DNA of 64,000 bases from Azolla caroliniana. Taxonomy: Eukaryota; Plantae; Polypodiophyta. The stretch spans positions 20,708,001 to 20,772,000 of the forward strand of contig JBHGNT010000006.1 in assembly GCA_043228905.1 (NCBI GenBank). The letters are read 5' to 3'. The notes beneath the pieces were generated by a model. The model did no database searches and had not been told where the DNA came from. It saw only the letters and a list, made by a program, of their open reading frames with translations. Position 1 is the first letter of the stretch. Each line of letters opens with the position of its first letter. Positions 46,165 through 56,289 of the stretch are shown here, in pieces. The position numbers and the translations under genes are program-made.

Positions 46165-48297
46165 TTATGACACTATCCCCCCTTTAAAACGACGAGTTTC
46201 ACGAGTCGTTTTGGATTGAGGACTCGGTTTCTCGGGATATCGTCGATGGAAGTCTTCTAGAAGAGCACGAGCATTGGTCACATTCTCGATCGGTTCCCAA
46301 GTACGCTCGCTGGGACGTGGTGTTAGATACGAACGCCGTGATAATGCATCTGCCTTCCCTTGGTGCTTCCCCGGACGATATGTAATTTTGAAGTCGAAGC
46401 GTGTGAGGAAGTGGGCCCACCGAGCTTGACGTCGATTCAGTACACGAGCATCTTGAAAGTAGGCAAGGTTCTTGTGGTCACTGAATACAGTGACCTGATG
46501 AGGAGATCCCTCCAGGAAATGCCTCCATTGCATAAAAGAATCAACTATTGCTAATAGCTCTTTATCATGAATTTCGTAGTTGATTTCGGCGGCGTCAAAC
46601 TTACGGGAGTGGAAAGCCACAGGATGTAGCTTCTCGTCGTTACCCTGTTGTGACAGAATGCTCCCCAATGCGAAATCCGATGCATCAGCTTCGATAATGA
46701 ATGGTTTTTCCGGATCCACATGACCTAAAATTGGAGCTGATGTAAACGCCTTCTTAAGACTCTCGAAAGCCATGTCCGTCTCTTTAGACCAAATGAATGA
46801 TTGTCCCTTCCTGGTGAGCTGTGTGAGAGGCAGCACAATTTTTGAGTAATTTTGTATGAACTTCCGGTAGAAATTTGCAAAGCCTAGGAAGCATTGCACA
46901 TCCCGCACCGAACGCGGAGTGTGCCATTCTATCACCGTTTTGACCTTGGCTGGGTCCATAGATATGCCTTCTGAGGAGATGACATAGCCGAGAAACTCCA
47001 CTTGGTTGCACCCGAAACTACATTTCTCTAACTTTGCATACAGACCATGTTCTCGAAGTCGTTTTAGTACTAATAGTACATGAGAATCATGTTCTTCTTG
47101 GGTCTTTGAATAAACCAGTAGATCATCCAAATAGATGATCAAAAAATCATCCAAGAGATCTCGAAATATATCATTCGCCATGTGCTGGAAGACTGCCGGC
47201 GCATTAGTGAGTCCGAACGGCATGACCGTATACTCGAAGTGCCCATATCTGGTGCGAAACGCGGTCTTCCATTCATCTCCTGGTCGGATCCGTACGAGGT
47301 TATAGGCTCCTCGTAAGTCGATCTTCGTGAAGAACCTGGCACCGTTGATCCGTTCTAAAAGACTTGAGATAAGGGGAAGAGCATACCTATTTCTTACTGT
47401 GACCTTATTCAAGCCACGGTAATCTACAACGAGTCGAAGCGAGCCATCTTTTTTCTTGACGAAGAAAATGGGTGCGCCGGCTGGAGATTTCGAATGCCGA
47501 ATGAAACCGTTCTCCAAATTCTCCTCTATATAGGCTCGAAGGACTTCTAGCTCGGTTGGTGACAAATTGTAGATCGGCCCCCATGGCGGCTCTTTCCCCG
47601 GTTGTAAGTCGATGGCGCAGTCGTACGGCCGATGATGAGGAAGTGTGTTGGCTTGTACTTTATCGAACACATCAGCATACTGACGATACTTCTCGGGAAG
47701 TTGAACGGTGGACTCCTCTTTGGTGGTGCTGGAGGGTTGTACTGATATTGCAAAGAGAAACATTTCCTCCTTGCGCCCTTCCTCACGCAACTGACGTAGC
47801 GAAATGGTTGCAACCTTCTGGGTAGATCCTTGGGTTTGTCGCAACCGGATTTCCCTTGTCCTCCAATCTATGTCTGGGTCATGTAACTCGAACCATGGTA
47901 ATCCTAAAACTATGGGATGTTCTGGAATACTAATAATATTAAATGATACTACACATGTTAAGTTATCTAGGACAATATTAACGGGTTCCGACTCTTCTAT
48001 GATATTACCAGAAGCAATGGGACGACCATCAATGACTACTACTGAGGCTGGACATGGGAGCTTTCTGAGAGATATCTGATGAGCTCGGGCAAAATTCCTA
48101 TCCATGAAGCAAGAATTAGCTCCGGAATCTAGAAGGGCTAAGGTATGTACTGGAGGGGTACTTTTAGTACTAACTGCTACTTGGACTACGAACACATCAC
48201 TAACTTGCTTAGAGGGAATGGAACCACTAATGGGCTGCACAGATCTAGGGCTGTCCAACCAAACGGCTCCTATTTTGGCTGGACTTAGTCGTTTAAC
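46165..48297 (-). CDS. pol: F copy 1 pol: PR-RT-RH with the integrase deleted in frame
   Basis: LLDSGA, YLDD, DASD, ADALSR, then TPRP|SERTWEP; 488 aa shorter than copy 2. Confidence 0.85.
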   Translation of the reverse strand, partial: VKRLSPAKIGAVWLDSPRSVQPISGSIPSKQVSDVFVVQVAVSTKSTPPVHTLALLDSGANSCFMDRNFARAHQISLRKLPCPASVVVIDGRPIASGNIIEESEPVNIVLDNLTCVVSFNIISIPEHPIVLGLPWFELHDPDIDWRTREIRLRQTQGSTQKVATISLRQLREEGRKEEMFLFAISVQPSSTTKEESTVQLPEKYRQYADVFDKVQANTLPHHRPYDCAIDLQPGKEPPWGPIYNLSPTELEVLRAYIEENLENGFIRHSKSPAGAPIFFVKKKDGSLRLVVDYRGLNKVTVRNRYALPLISSLLERINGARFFTKIDLRGAYNLVRIRPGDEWKTAFRTRYGHFEYTVMPFGLTNAPAVFQHMANDIFRDLLDDFLIIYLDDLLVYSKTQEEHDSHVLLVLKRLREHGLYAKLEKCSFGCNQVEFLGYVISSEGISMDPAKVKTVIEWHTPRSVRDVQCFLGFANFYRKFIQNYSKIVLPLTQLTRKGQSFIWSKETDMAFESLKKAFTSAPILGHVDPEKPFIIEADASDFALGSILSQQGNDEKLHPVAFHSRKFDAAEINYEIHDKELLAIVDSFMQWRHFLEGSPHQVTVFSDHKNLAYFQDARVLNRRQARWAHFLTRFDFKITYRPGKHQGKADALSRRSYLTPRPSERTWEPIENVTNARALLEDFHRRYPEKPSPQSKTTRETRRFKGGIVS
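48253..48297 (-). promoter_or_regulatory. Predicted gag/pol -1 frameshift in F: G_TTA_AAC plus hairpin (also ~54089-54133)
   Basis: Pol is in the -1 frame; 6-nt spacer; 11-bp stem GTCCAGCCAAA/TTTGGTTGGAC. Confidence 0.7.
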
Positions 48298-49454
48298 TCT
48301 TCTTCTAATTGGCTAAGGACATCAAATTTGTTTGCGAGATTCGGACTATTAGTACTATTAGGACTATTATGACTATGAGGATTATCAGAGATTCCTACTG
48401 AAATAGACTCGGGTTTAGTATAGTCAGAACTAACAATGACTTGGTTTACCTGCCTTCTTGGTCTATGGGGACAGTTTATCGCGATATGCCCTGGTCCACC
48501 GCAATAAAGGCATAATCGGTTTGTTCGGCGTCGTTGCTTTTCCTCCTCCGATAGCGGCCCACGACGACGTGTAGTGTCAATTTCCATTGGAGTTGGAGTA
48601 CTTACTGGAGGTGCATTATGTGACTCCCTTTGAAAAGGTTTCGCTACCACTGAGGCATAGGTAGGCTCGGATCTTGCCCTCGGCATCTGAAATTGTCGTT
48701 CCGAACGTCGCTCGAAGAGGCGGTTGTCACATCTGACCGCTCGACTGATTGCTTCTGTTAATGATTTTGGCTCTTCAGGGAAAGTCAAGAGTAAATCCTT
48801 GACATCGTTGCGTAGACCATAGCGGAACTGCTCCATCAATGCTTGATCATCCCAGGGGATATCGGCGGCGAGTAGGCGGAAATCTGCAGCATATGCGGAG
48901 GCTGGACGGTCACCTTGGCGTAATCGCCGGATTTTGTTGATTGCAGTCCTTATGCTGTCAGTATCTCCAAAACATGCTTTAAACTCACTTATGAATTCTT
49001 CAAAATTATTTAGTACTGGAGATTCCTTTTCTAGTAGCGGAGCGAACCATGCTAATGCTGAGCCATTTAACAACGTGCCTACTAAACCCACTCGTGATGC
49101 ATCGGTGGGATATCGGGACGGATGCATTTGAATAACTAACCGTACCTGGTTAAGAAACCCTCTAAACTGCGATCGCGTTCCATCGAACTTCGTGGGAAGA
49201 CCAATCTTGGGTTCTTTATGAATCCCTTGTGCTCCGTGCCCTTGTTGTTGCATTGCTACGATGGTTGCTTCGAGTTGTTGCACGCGTAACGCAAGTTCCC
49301 CATGCTGTTGTTGCGTTTGCTGCTTTTCTAAGGAAATTTGCTGAAGATCCCCCAACAAGCGTTGATTTTCTTGTTCCAAAGCATGAAACTTCTCTTTCAA
49401 GCATTGAAATTCCGAGAAAACGGATTGATACTCTTCAGCGCTAACGGTGGCCAT
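48285..49454 (-). CDS. gag: F copy 1 Gag (389 aa)
   Basis: PTKFDG, GSALAW, LRQG, PMEID and a CLYCGGPGHIAINC knuckle. Confidence 0.92.
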   Translation of the reverse strand: MATVSAEEYQSVFSEFQCLKEKFHALEQENQRLLGDLQQISLEKQQTQQQHGELALRVQQLEATIVAMQQQGHGAQGIHKEPKIGLPTKFDGTRSQFRGFLNQVRLVIQMHPSRYPTDASRVGLVGTLLNGSALAWFAPLLEKESPVLNNFEEFISEFKACFGDTDSIRTAINKIRRLRQGDRPASAYAADFRLLAADIPWDDQALMEQFRYGLRNDVKDLLLTFPEEPKSLTEAISRAVRCDNRLFERRSERQFQMPRARSEPTYASVVAKPFQRESHNAPPVSTPTPMEIDTTRRRGPLSEEEKQRRRTNRLCLYCGGPGHIAINCPHRPRRQVNQVIVSSDYTKPESISVGISDNPHSHNSPNSTNSPNLANKFDVLSQLEEELND

Positions 49455-49528
49455 GGGATGAAGGAAAAGGGAAATAAGAGACTAGTAGGAAAGGAGAGAG
49501 ACAGAAGGAAGAGGGAGACTAGTAGGAG

Positions 49529-49540
49529 AAATCGGTTCAA
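49529..49540 (-). promoter_or_regulatory. Self-priming PBS of F (TTGAACCGATTT), complementary to LTR 49787-49798
   Basis: No TGG tRNA-type PBS. The complementary 12-mer begins 33 nt downstream of the first T of TATAAAA (49825-49831). Confidence 0.8.
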
Positions 49541-49675
49541 ACTGTCAGGAACTCTATTAAGGCAGAGAAGGAATTAGTACTAAAAGGAGGATTAGTACTA
49601 TTGTTGGGGAATAGTACTAAGACAGAGAAGGATTAGTACTATGAGAGGTGTCGAACTTTGAGAGAAGGAATGAGT

Positions 49676-49717
<42 letters not shown>

Positions 49718-50536
49718 TGGTGCGAAAGATATATGTATTATATGACGGAAGATATACAACAGTAGTTAGAAGGCTTAAGACTGGCGTTGAACCGATTTGG
49801 TTCGAACTAATGCCTTGCGCCTCCTTTTATAGTGTCTTCAGGAATACTCCTGAAGTTTCTAGAATGTTCCAGAGAAATCTGGAATATACATCAATTTCCT
49901 AATAAAACCTAAATGAAAATAATATCCTTCAAATTACAACTCATAACTTAATGGTAAAGTCTCGACCCGTGTAACAAAAGGTTATGGGTTCGAGTCTAGT
50001 TATGACACTATGCTCGTGCTCTTCTAGAAGACTTCCATCGACGATATCCCGAGAAACCGAGTCCTCAATCCAAAACGACTCGTGACACTCGTCGTTTTAA
50101 AGGGGGGATAGTGTCATAACTAGACTCGAACCCATAACCTTTTGTTACACGGGTCGAGACTTTACCATTAAGTTATGAGTTGTAATTTGAAGGATATTAT
50201 TTTCATTTAGGTTTTATTAGGAAATTGATGTATATTCCAGATTTCTCTGGAACATTCTAGAAACTTCAGGAGTTCAGCATGACGGAAGATATACAACAGT
50301 AGTTAGAAGGCTTAAGACTGGCGTTGAACCGATTTGGTTCGAACTAATGCCTTGCGCCTCCTTTTATAGTGTCTTCAGGAATACTCCTGAAGTTTCTAGA
50401 ATGTTCCAGAGAAATCTGGAATATACATCAATTTCCTAATAAAACCTAAATGAAAATAATATCCTTCAAATTACAACTCATAACTTAATGGTAAAGTCTC
50501 GACCCGTGTAACAAAAGGTTATGGGTTCGAGTCTAG

Positions 50537-53500
50537 TTATGACACTATCCCCCCTTTAAAACGACGAGTTTCACGAGTCGTTTTGGATTGAGGACTCGGT
50601 TTCTCGGGATATCGTCGATGGAAGTCTTCTAGAAGAGCATGAGCATTGGTCACATTCTCGATCGGTTCCCAAGTACGCTCGCTGGGACTATATCCTAGCC
50701 AATCGACTAGATAGTAGAGCTTGTTGCGAACAATCTTGGAATCGAGGATGGCAGCGACCTCATACTCAGGTCCATCTTCGAGCTCGATAGGAGGTGGAGG
50801 TTGTATAGTACGTCCTGGGATAGTGCTCTCGTGATAGGGTTCGAGGAGAGAACTATGAAACACCGGGTGTATCCGAAGTTGCGGAGGTAGCTCGAGACGA
50901 AAAGCGACATCATTAATCTTCCCGATAATACGGAGAGGACCTAATCGTCGATAATCCAACTTCTCGCATGGGCGAGTAGTCTTGATGTGTCGTCGTAGCA
51001 GCCACACCCGATCTCCAATGTTAAAACTGGATGGAAGTCGATGACGATCTGCGTAGTCCTTGTGTGATTGTTGAGCTTGCTGGAGTTGAGTAGATAAATC
51101 CGCTTGTATCTTGCGTAACCGCTCCAAACGATCCTCCGCGCAAGGATTTGTGGACACTTCTGGGGTTTCAAGGACACACCACCGGGGATGATATCCCGTA
51201 TAAGCGTAGAATGGCGTGACTTTAGTCGATGCGTGGATAGCGTTATTATAGGCAAATTCGGCGAACTGAAGAATATCTGCCCAGTCATTCTGATGATAGT
51301 TGAGAAAGCACCGCAGATACTGCTCCAGTGTTTGATTTGTTCGTTCGGCTTGACCGTCGGTTTGTGGGTGGTAGCCGGAGGAGAGGTTACAAGTGACCTT
51401 CAGCATTTTAAAAAGGTGCTTCCAGAATTTTGACACAAACTGGGGTCCACGATCGCTGATGATATTATCAGGGAGTCCATGATGCCGACATACTTCCCGC
51501 ATGACAATTTCGGCGGTGTCTTCACTAGATATTTCTTTAGTACATGGTAAGAAATGAGCCATCTTCGTATATCGATCCACCACTGTGAGAATCGCACTGA
51601 ATCCCTTAGAGACTGGAAGATCTGTAATGAAGTCAAGAGCAATGGATTGCCATGGCTTGCTTGGAATTGGTAATGGTTCTAATAAACCATATGGATGATG
51701 TCTTGGCATTTTCGCTCTGCAGCATGTATCGCAAGTCCGAACAAAATCTTCGACAAATTGTCGCATACGGGGCCACCAGAATGATCGTTGTACTAAATCT
51801 AATGTTTTAGTACTACCAAAATGTCCTGCTGTATATGTGTCATGGCAGTTTTGTACTACTCGAAGGCGGCAAGAGCCATTAGGAACATCCAAAAGTTCTT
51901 TAAAGAAGAGTAATCCATCACAGTATTTGAATTGCCGATAATCCGTACCTGGTGATTGTGATTGTGAACATGACGCTCGAGAGGGGTCAATTTGTGCTAG
52001 TATAGCTTGGGCGAAAGCGTCAGTCTTCAAGTCCTCACGTATAGTATTGGTAATGTCGGAATCCACGGGCATGTCAAAGATCTGTGCTGCTTGCAGTCGT
52101 GCTGGACCCAAGATTACTTGCTTCTGGTTATCGAAAGCTGGCTCACCGGGACGTGGTGTTAGATACGAACGCCGTGATAATGCATCTGCCTTCCCTTGGT
52201 GCTTCCCCGGACGATATGTAATTTTGAAGTCGAAGCGTGTGAGGAAGTGGGCCCACCGAGCTTGACGTCGATTCAGTACACGAGCATCTTGAAAGTAGGC
52301 AAGGTTCTTGTGGTCACTGAATACAGTGACCTGATGAGGAGATCCCTCCAGGAAATGCCTCCATTGCATAAAAGAATCAACTATTGCTAATAGCTCTTTA
52401 TCATGAATTTCGTAGTTGATTTCGGCGGCGTCAAACTTACGGGAGTGGAAAGCCACAGGATGTAGCTTCTCGTCGTTACCCTGTTGTGACAGAATGCTCC
52501 CCAATGCGAAATCCGATGCATCAGCTTCGATAATGAATGGTTTTTCCGGATCCACATGACCTAAAATTGGAGCTGATGTAAACGCCTTCTTAAGACTCTC
52601 GAAAGCCATGTCCGTCTCTTTAGACCAAATGAATGATTGTCCCTTCCTGGTGAGCTGTGTGAGAGGCAGCACAATTTTTGAGTAATTTTGTATGAACTTC
52701 CGGTAGAAATTTGCAAAGCCTAGGAAGCATTGCACATCCCGCACCGAACGCGGAGTGTGCCATTCTATCACCGTTTTGACCTTGGCTGGGTCCATAGATA
52801 TGCCTTCTGAGGAGATGACATAGCCGAGAAACTCCACTTGGTTGCACCCGAAACTACATTTCTCTAACTTTGCATACAGACCATGTTCTCGAAGTCGTTT
52901 TAGTACTAATAGTACATGAGAATCATGTTCTTCTTGGGTCTTTGAATAAACCAGTAGATCATCCAAATAGATGATCAAAAAATCATCCAAGAGATCTCGA
53001 AATATATCATTCGCCATGTGCTGGAAGACTGCCGGCGCATTAGTGAGTCCGAACGGCATGACCGTATACTCGAAGTGCCCATATCTGGTGCGAAACGCGG
53101 TCTTCCATTCATCTCCTGGTCGGATCCGTACGAGGTTATAGGCTCCTCGTAAGTCGATCTTCGTGAAGAACCTGGCACCGTTGATCCGTTCTAAAAGACT
53201 TGAGATAAGGGGAAGAGCATACCTATTTCTTACTGTGACCTTATTCAAGCCACGGTAATCTACAACGAGTCGAAGCGAGCCATCTTTTTTCTTGACGAAG
53301 AAAATGGGTGCGCCGGCTGGAGATTTCGAATGCCGAATGAAACCGTTCTCCAAATTCTCCTCTATATAGGCTCGAAGGACTTCTAGCTCGGTTGGTGACA
53401 AATTGTAGATCGGCCCCCATGGCGGCTCTTTTCCCGGTTGTAAGTCGATGGCGCAGTCGTACGGCCGATGATGAGGAAGTGTGTTGGCTTGTACTTTATC

Positions 53501-54133
53501 GAACACATCAGCATACTGACGATACTTCTCGGGAAGTTGAACGGTGGACTCCTCTTTGGTGGTGCTGGAGGGTTGTACTGATATTGCAAAGAGAAACATT
53601 TCCTCCTTGCGCCCTTCCTCACGCAACTGACGTAGCGAAATGGTTGCAACCTTCTGGGTAGATCCTTGGGTTTGTCGCAACCGGATTTCCCTTGTCCTCC
53701 AATCTATGTCTGGGTCATGTAACTCGAACCATGGGAATCCTAAAACTATGGGATGTTCTGGAATACTAATAATATTAAATGATACTACACATGTTAAGTT
53801 ATCTAGGACAATATTAACGGGTTCCGACTCTTCTATGATATTACCAGAAGCAATGGGACGACCATCAATGACTACTACTGAGGCTGGACATGGGAGCTTT
53901 CTGAGAGATATCTGATGAGCTCGGGCAAAATTCCTATCCATGAAGCAAGAATTAGCTCCGGAATCTAGAAGGGCTAAGGTATGTACTGGAGGGGTACTTT
54001 TAGTACTAACTGCTACTTGGACTACGAACACATCACTAACTTGCTTAGAGGGAATGGAACCACTAATGGGCTGCACAGATCTAGGGCTGTCCAACCAAAC
54101 GGCTCCTATTTTGGCTGGACTTAGTCGTTTAAC
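50537..54133 (-). CDS. pol: F copy 2 pol: PR-RT-RH-IN-chromodomain (1185 aa from 54094)
   Basis: Uninterrupted ORF with HHCC, SDRGPQF, DGQAERTN and the chromodomain EYEVAAILDS...YLVDWLGY...TWEP. Confidence 0.92.
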   Translation of the reverse strand, partial: VKRLSPAKIGAVWLDSPRSVQPISGSIPSKQVSDVFVVQVAVSTKSTPPVHTLALLDSGANSCFMDRNFARAHQISLRKLPCPASVVVIDGRPIASGNIIEESEPVNIVLDNLTCVVSFNIISIPEHPIVLGFPWFELHDPDIDWRTREIRLRQTQGSTQKVATISLRQLREEGRKEEMFLFAISVQPSSTTKEESTVQLPEKYRQYADVFDKVQANTLPHHRPYDCAIDLQPGKEPPWGPIYNLSPTELEVLRAYIEENLENGFIRHSKSPAGAPIFFVKKKDGSLRLVVDYRGLNKVTVRNRYALPLISSLLERINGARFFTKIDLRGAYNLVRIRPGDEWKTAFRTRYGHFEYTVMPFGLTNAPAVFQHMANDIFRDLLDDFLIIYLDDLLVYSKTQEEHDSHVLLVLKRLREHGLYAKLEKCSFGCNQVEFLGYVISSEGISMDPAKVKTVIEWHTPRSVRDVQCFLGFANFYRKFIQNYSKIVLPLTQLTRKGQSFIWSKETDMAFESLKKAFTSAPILGHVDPEKPFIIEADASDFALGSILSQQGNDEKLHPVAFHSRKFDAAEINYEIHDKELLAIVDSFMQWRHFLEGSPHQVTVFSDHKNLAYFQDARVLNRRQARWAHFLTRFDFKITYRPGKHQGKADALSRRSYLTPRPGEPAFDNQKQVILGPARLQAAQIFDMPVDSDITNTIREDLKTDAFAQAILAQIDPSRASCSQSQSPGTDYRQFKYCDGLLFFKELLDVPNGSCRLRVVQNCHDTYTAGHFGSTKTLDLVQRSFWWPRMRQFVEDFVRTCDTCCRAKMPRHHPYGLLEPLPIPSKPWQSIALDFITDLPVSKGFSAILTVVDRYTKMAHFLPCTKEISSEDTAEIVMREVCRHHGLPDNIISDRGPQFVSKFWKHLFKMLKVTCNLSSGYHPQTDGQAERTNQTLEQYLRCFLNYHQNDWADILQFAEFAYNNAIHASTKVTPFYAYTGYHPRWCVLETPEVSTNPCAEDRLERLRKIQADLSTQLQQAQQSHKDYADRHRLPSSFNIGDRVWLLRRHIKTTRPCEKLDYRRLGPLRIIGKINDVAFRLELPPQLRIHPVFHSSLLEPYHESTIPGRTIQPPPPIELEDGPEYEVAAILDSKIVRNKLYYLVDWLGYSPSERTWEPIENVTNAHALLEDFHRRYPEKPSPQSKTTRETRRFKGGIVS

Positions 54134-54397
54134 TCTTCTTCTAATTGGCTAAGGACATCAAATTTGTTTGCGAGATTCGGACTATTAGTACTATTAGGAC
54201 TATTATGACTATGAGGATTATCAGAGATTCCTACTGAAATAGACTCGGGTTTAGTATAGTCAGAACTAACAATGACTTGGTTTACCTGCCTTCTTGGTCT
54301 ATGGGGACAGTTTGAACCGATTTCTCCTACTAGTCTCCCTCTTCCTTCTGTCTCTCTCCTTTCCTACTAGTCTCTTATTTCCCTTTTCCTTCATCCC

Positions 54398-55297
54398 ATG
54401 GCCACCGTTAGCGCTGAAGAGTATCAATCCGTTTTCTCGGAATTTCAATGCTTGAAAGAGAAGTTTCATGCTTTGGAACAAGAAAATCAACGCTTGTTGG
54501 GGGATCTTCAGCAAATTTCCTTAGAAAAGCAGCAAACGCAACAACAGCATGGGGAACTTGCGTTACGCGTGCAACAACTCGAAGCAACCATCGTAGCAAT
54601 GCAACAACAAGGGCACGGAGCACAAGGGATTCATAAAGAACCCAAGATTGGTCTTCCCACGAAGTTCGATGGAACGCGATCGCAGTTTAGAGGGTTTCTT
54701 AACCAGGTACGGTTAGTTATTCAAATGCATCCGTCCCGATATCCCACCGATGCATCACGAGTGGGTTTAGTAGGCACGTTGTTAAATGGCTCAGCATTAG
54801 CATGGTTCGCTCCGCTACTAGAAAAGGAATCTCCAGTACTAAATAATTTTGAAGAATTCATAAGTGAGTTTAAAGCATGTTTTGGAGATACTGACAGCAT
54901 AAGGACTGCAATCAACAAAATCCGGCGATTACGCCAAGGTGACCGTCCAGCCTCCGCATATGCTGCAGATTTCCGCCTACTCGCCGTCGATATCCCCTGG
55001 GATGATCAAGCATTGATGGAGCAGTTCCGCTATGGTCTACGCAACGATGTCAAGGATTTACTCTTGACTTTCCCTGAAGAGCCAAAATCATTAACAGAAG
55101 CAATCAGTCGAGCGGTCAGATGTGACAACCGCCTCTTCGAGCGACGTTCGGAACGACAATTTCAGATGCCGAGGGCAAGATCCGAGCCGATTTGGTTCGA
55201 ACTAATGCCTTGCGCCTCCTTTTATAGTGTCTTCAGGAATACTCCTGAAGTTTCTAGAATGTTCCAGAGAAATCTGGAATATACATCAATTTCCTAA
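54398..55297 (+). pseudogene. gag: Inverted, truncated F gag fused to LTR sequence
   Basis: Nearly identical to copy 1 Gag up to RARSEP, then reads into LTR sequence (IWFELMPC...). Confidence 0.85.
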
Positions 55298-55402
55298 TAA
55301 AACCTAAATGAAAATAATATCCTTCAAATTACAACTCATAACTTAATGGTAAAGTCTCGACCCGTGTAACAAAAGGTTATGGGTTCGAGTCTAGTTATGA
55401 CA

Positions 55403-56260
55403 ATGGTCTTCTCACAATCAAACTTATGCATACATTTGAGATCAACACATAAAGCCCTATGATCGGATTCCAGTGTCCATTCACCAAGCGAGAATTTATG
55501 TATATGATCCAAAATACCTTCGGAAAGTAGCACATAGTCAATCACACTATTTCCGTTGTGTTTTGTACATGTAAAACCATTAGTGTTGGGCCGTAAGGAA
55601 ACACCATTTGCAATAAGCAATCTGGTACTATTGCACATTTGTAGGAGTAACTTCCCAAATTGGTCTAGATCTTTTTCATTGCTAGAAGAGCAGTTATACA
55701 TTTGCATATCCTCTTGCATCCTTGAGATATGTGGCATAAGAGATTCTTGTGAATCAAGTTGGAAACTTCTTGTACGAGCATTCATGTCACCAAAGACAAT
55801 AACTTCCCCTTTGGATTTGAAATAAGCAATATCATCTTCTAGATTGGCAAAAGGTTGATCTTTATCCAAACAAGCATAGAAGTTAGAACCTTAATGAGGA
55901 ATGTAACATCAAACTACAAAAGTGGGCAAATCATTAGGTGTTTCTATTTTAAGCCATATGTAGCATTTATGTTCATCATTTTTTACGATTGACACATATT
56001 TCTCTATTTCCTTCTTAATCAAACGTGCCACCCTTCCTTGTCCTCTTCTTTGTCTTGGATTTTTCTCCCATATCAAAGAGTGTACATTATAGTTTCTTAA
56101 ACCTTGATTCCTTTGAGTATCATGCTCCCATGTTTGAACAAGAAGTATGATATCCGAGTCATTGGTGAACTCGTCTATGCCAAATCCCGCATTCCATGGG
56201 TATCCATTGCAATTCCAAAAGCATAGTAGTAAAAGACGTGGGTTAGTCTCATAGGTATGT
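55403..56260 (-). pseudogene. LINE ORF2 APE endonuclease
   Basis: FWNCNG, LVQTW, VFGDMNART, SVIDYVL, ESDH. Confidence 0.88.
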
Positions 56261-56289
56261 GTCCCTATTTGCCTACATTTCTATCTTTG

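Larger units (their letters stand above)
45706..55402 (-). mobile_element. Chromovirus (Tcn1/Tf1-like Gypsy) locus F: rearranged tandem of two copies under one TSD
   Basis: Full LTRs 45706-46172 and 49543-50007; partial LTRs 50279-50544 and ~55188-55402; inverted segments 50010-50273 and ~54305-55188; TSD ATGGC/ATGGT. Confidence 0.92.
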
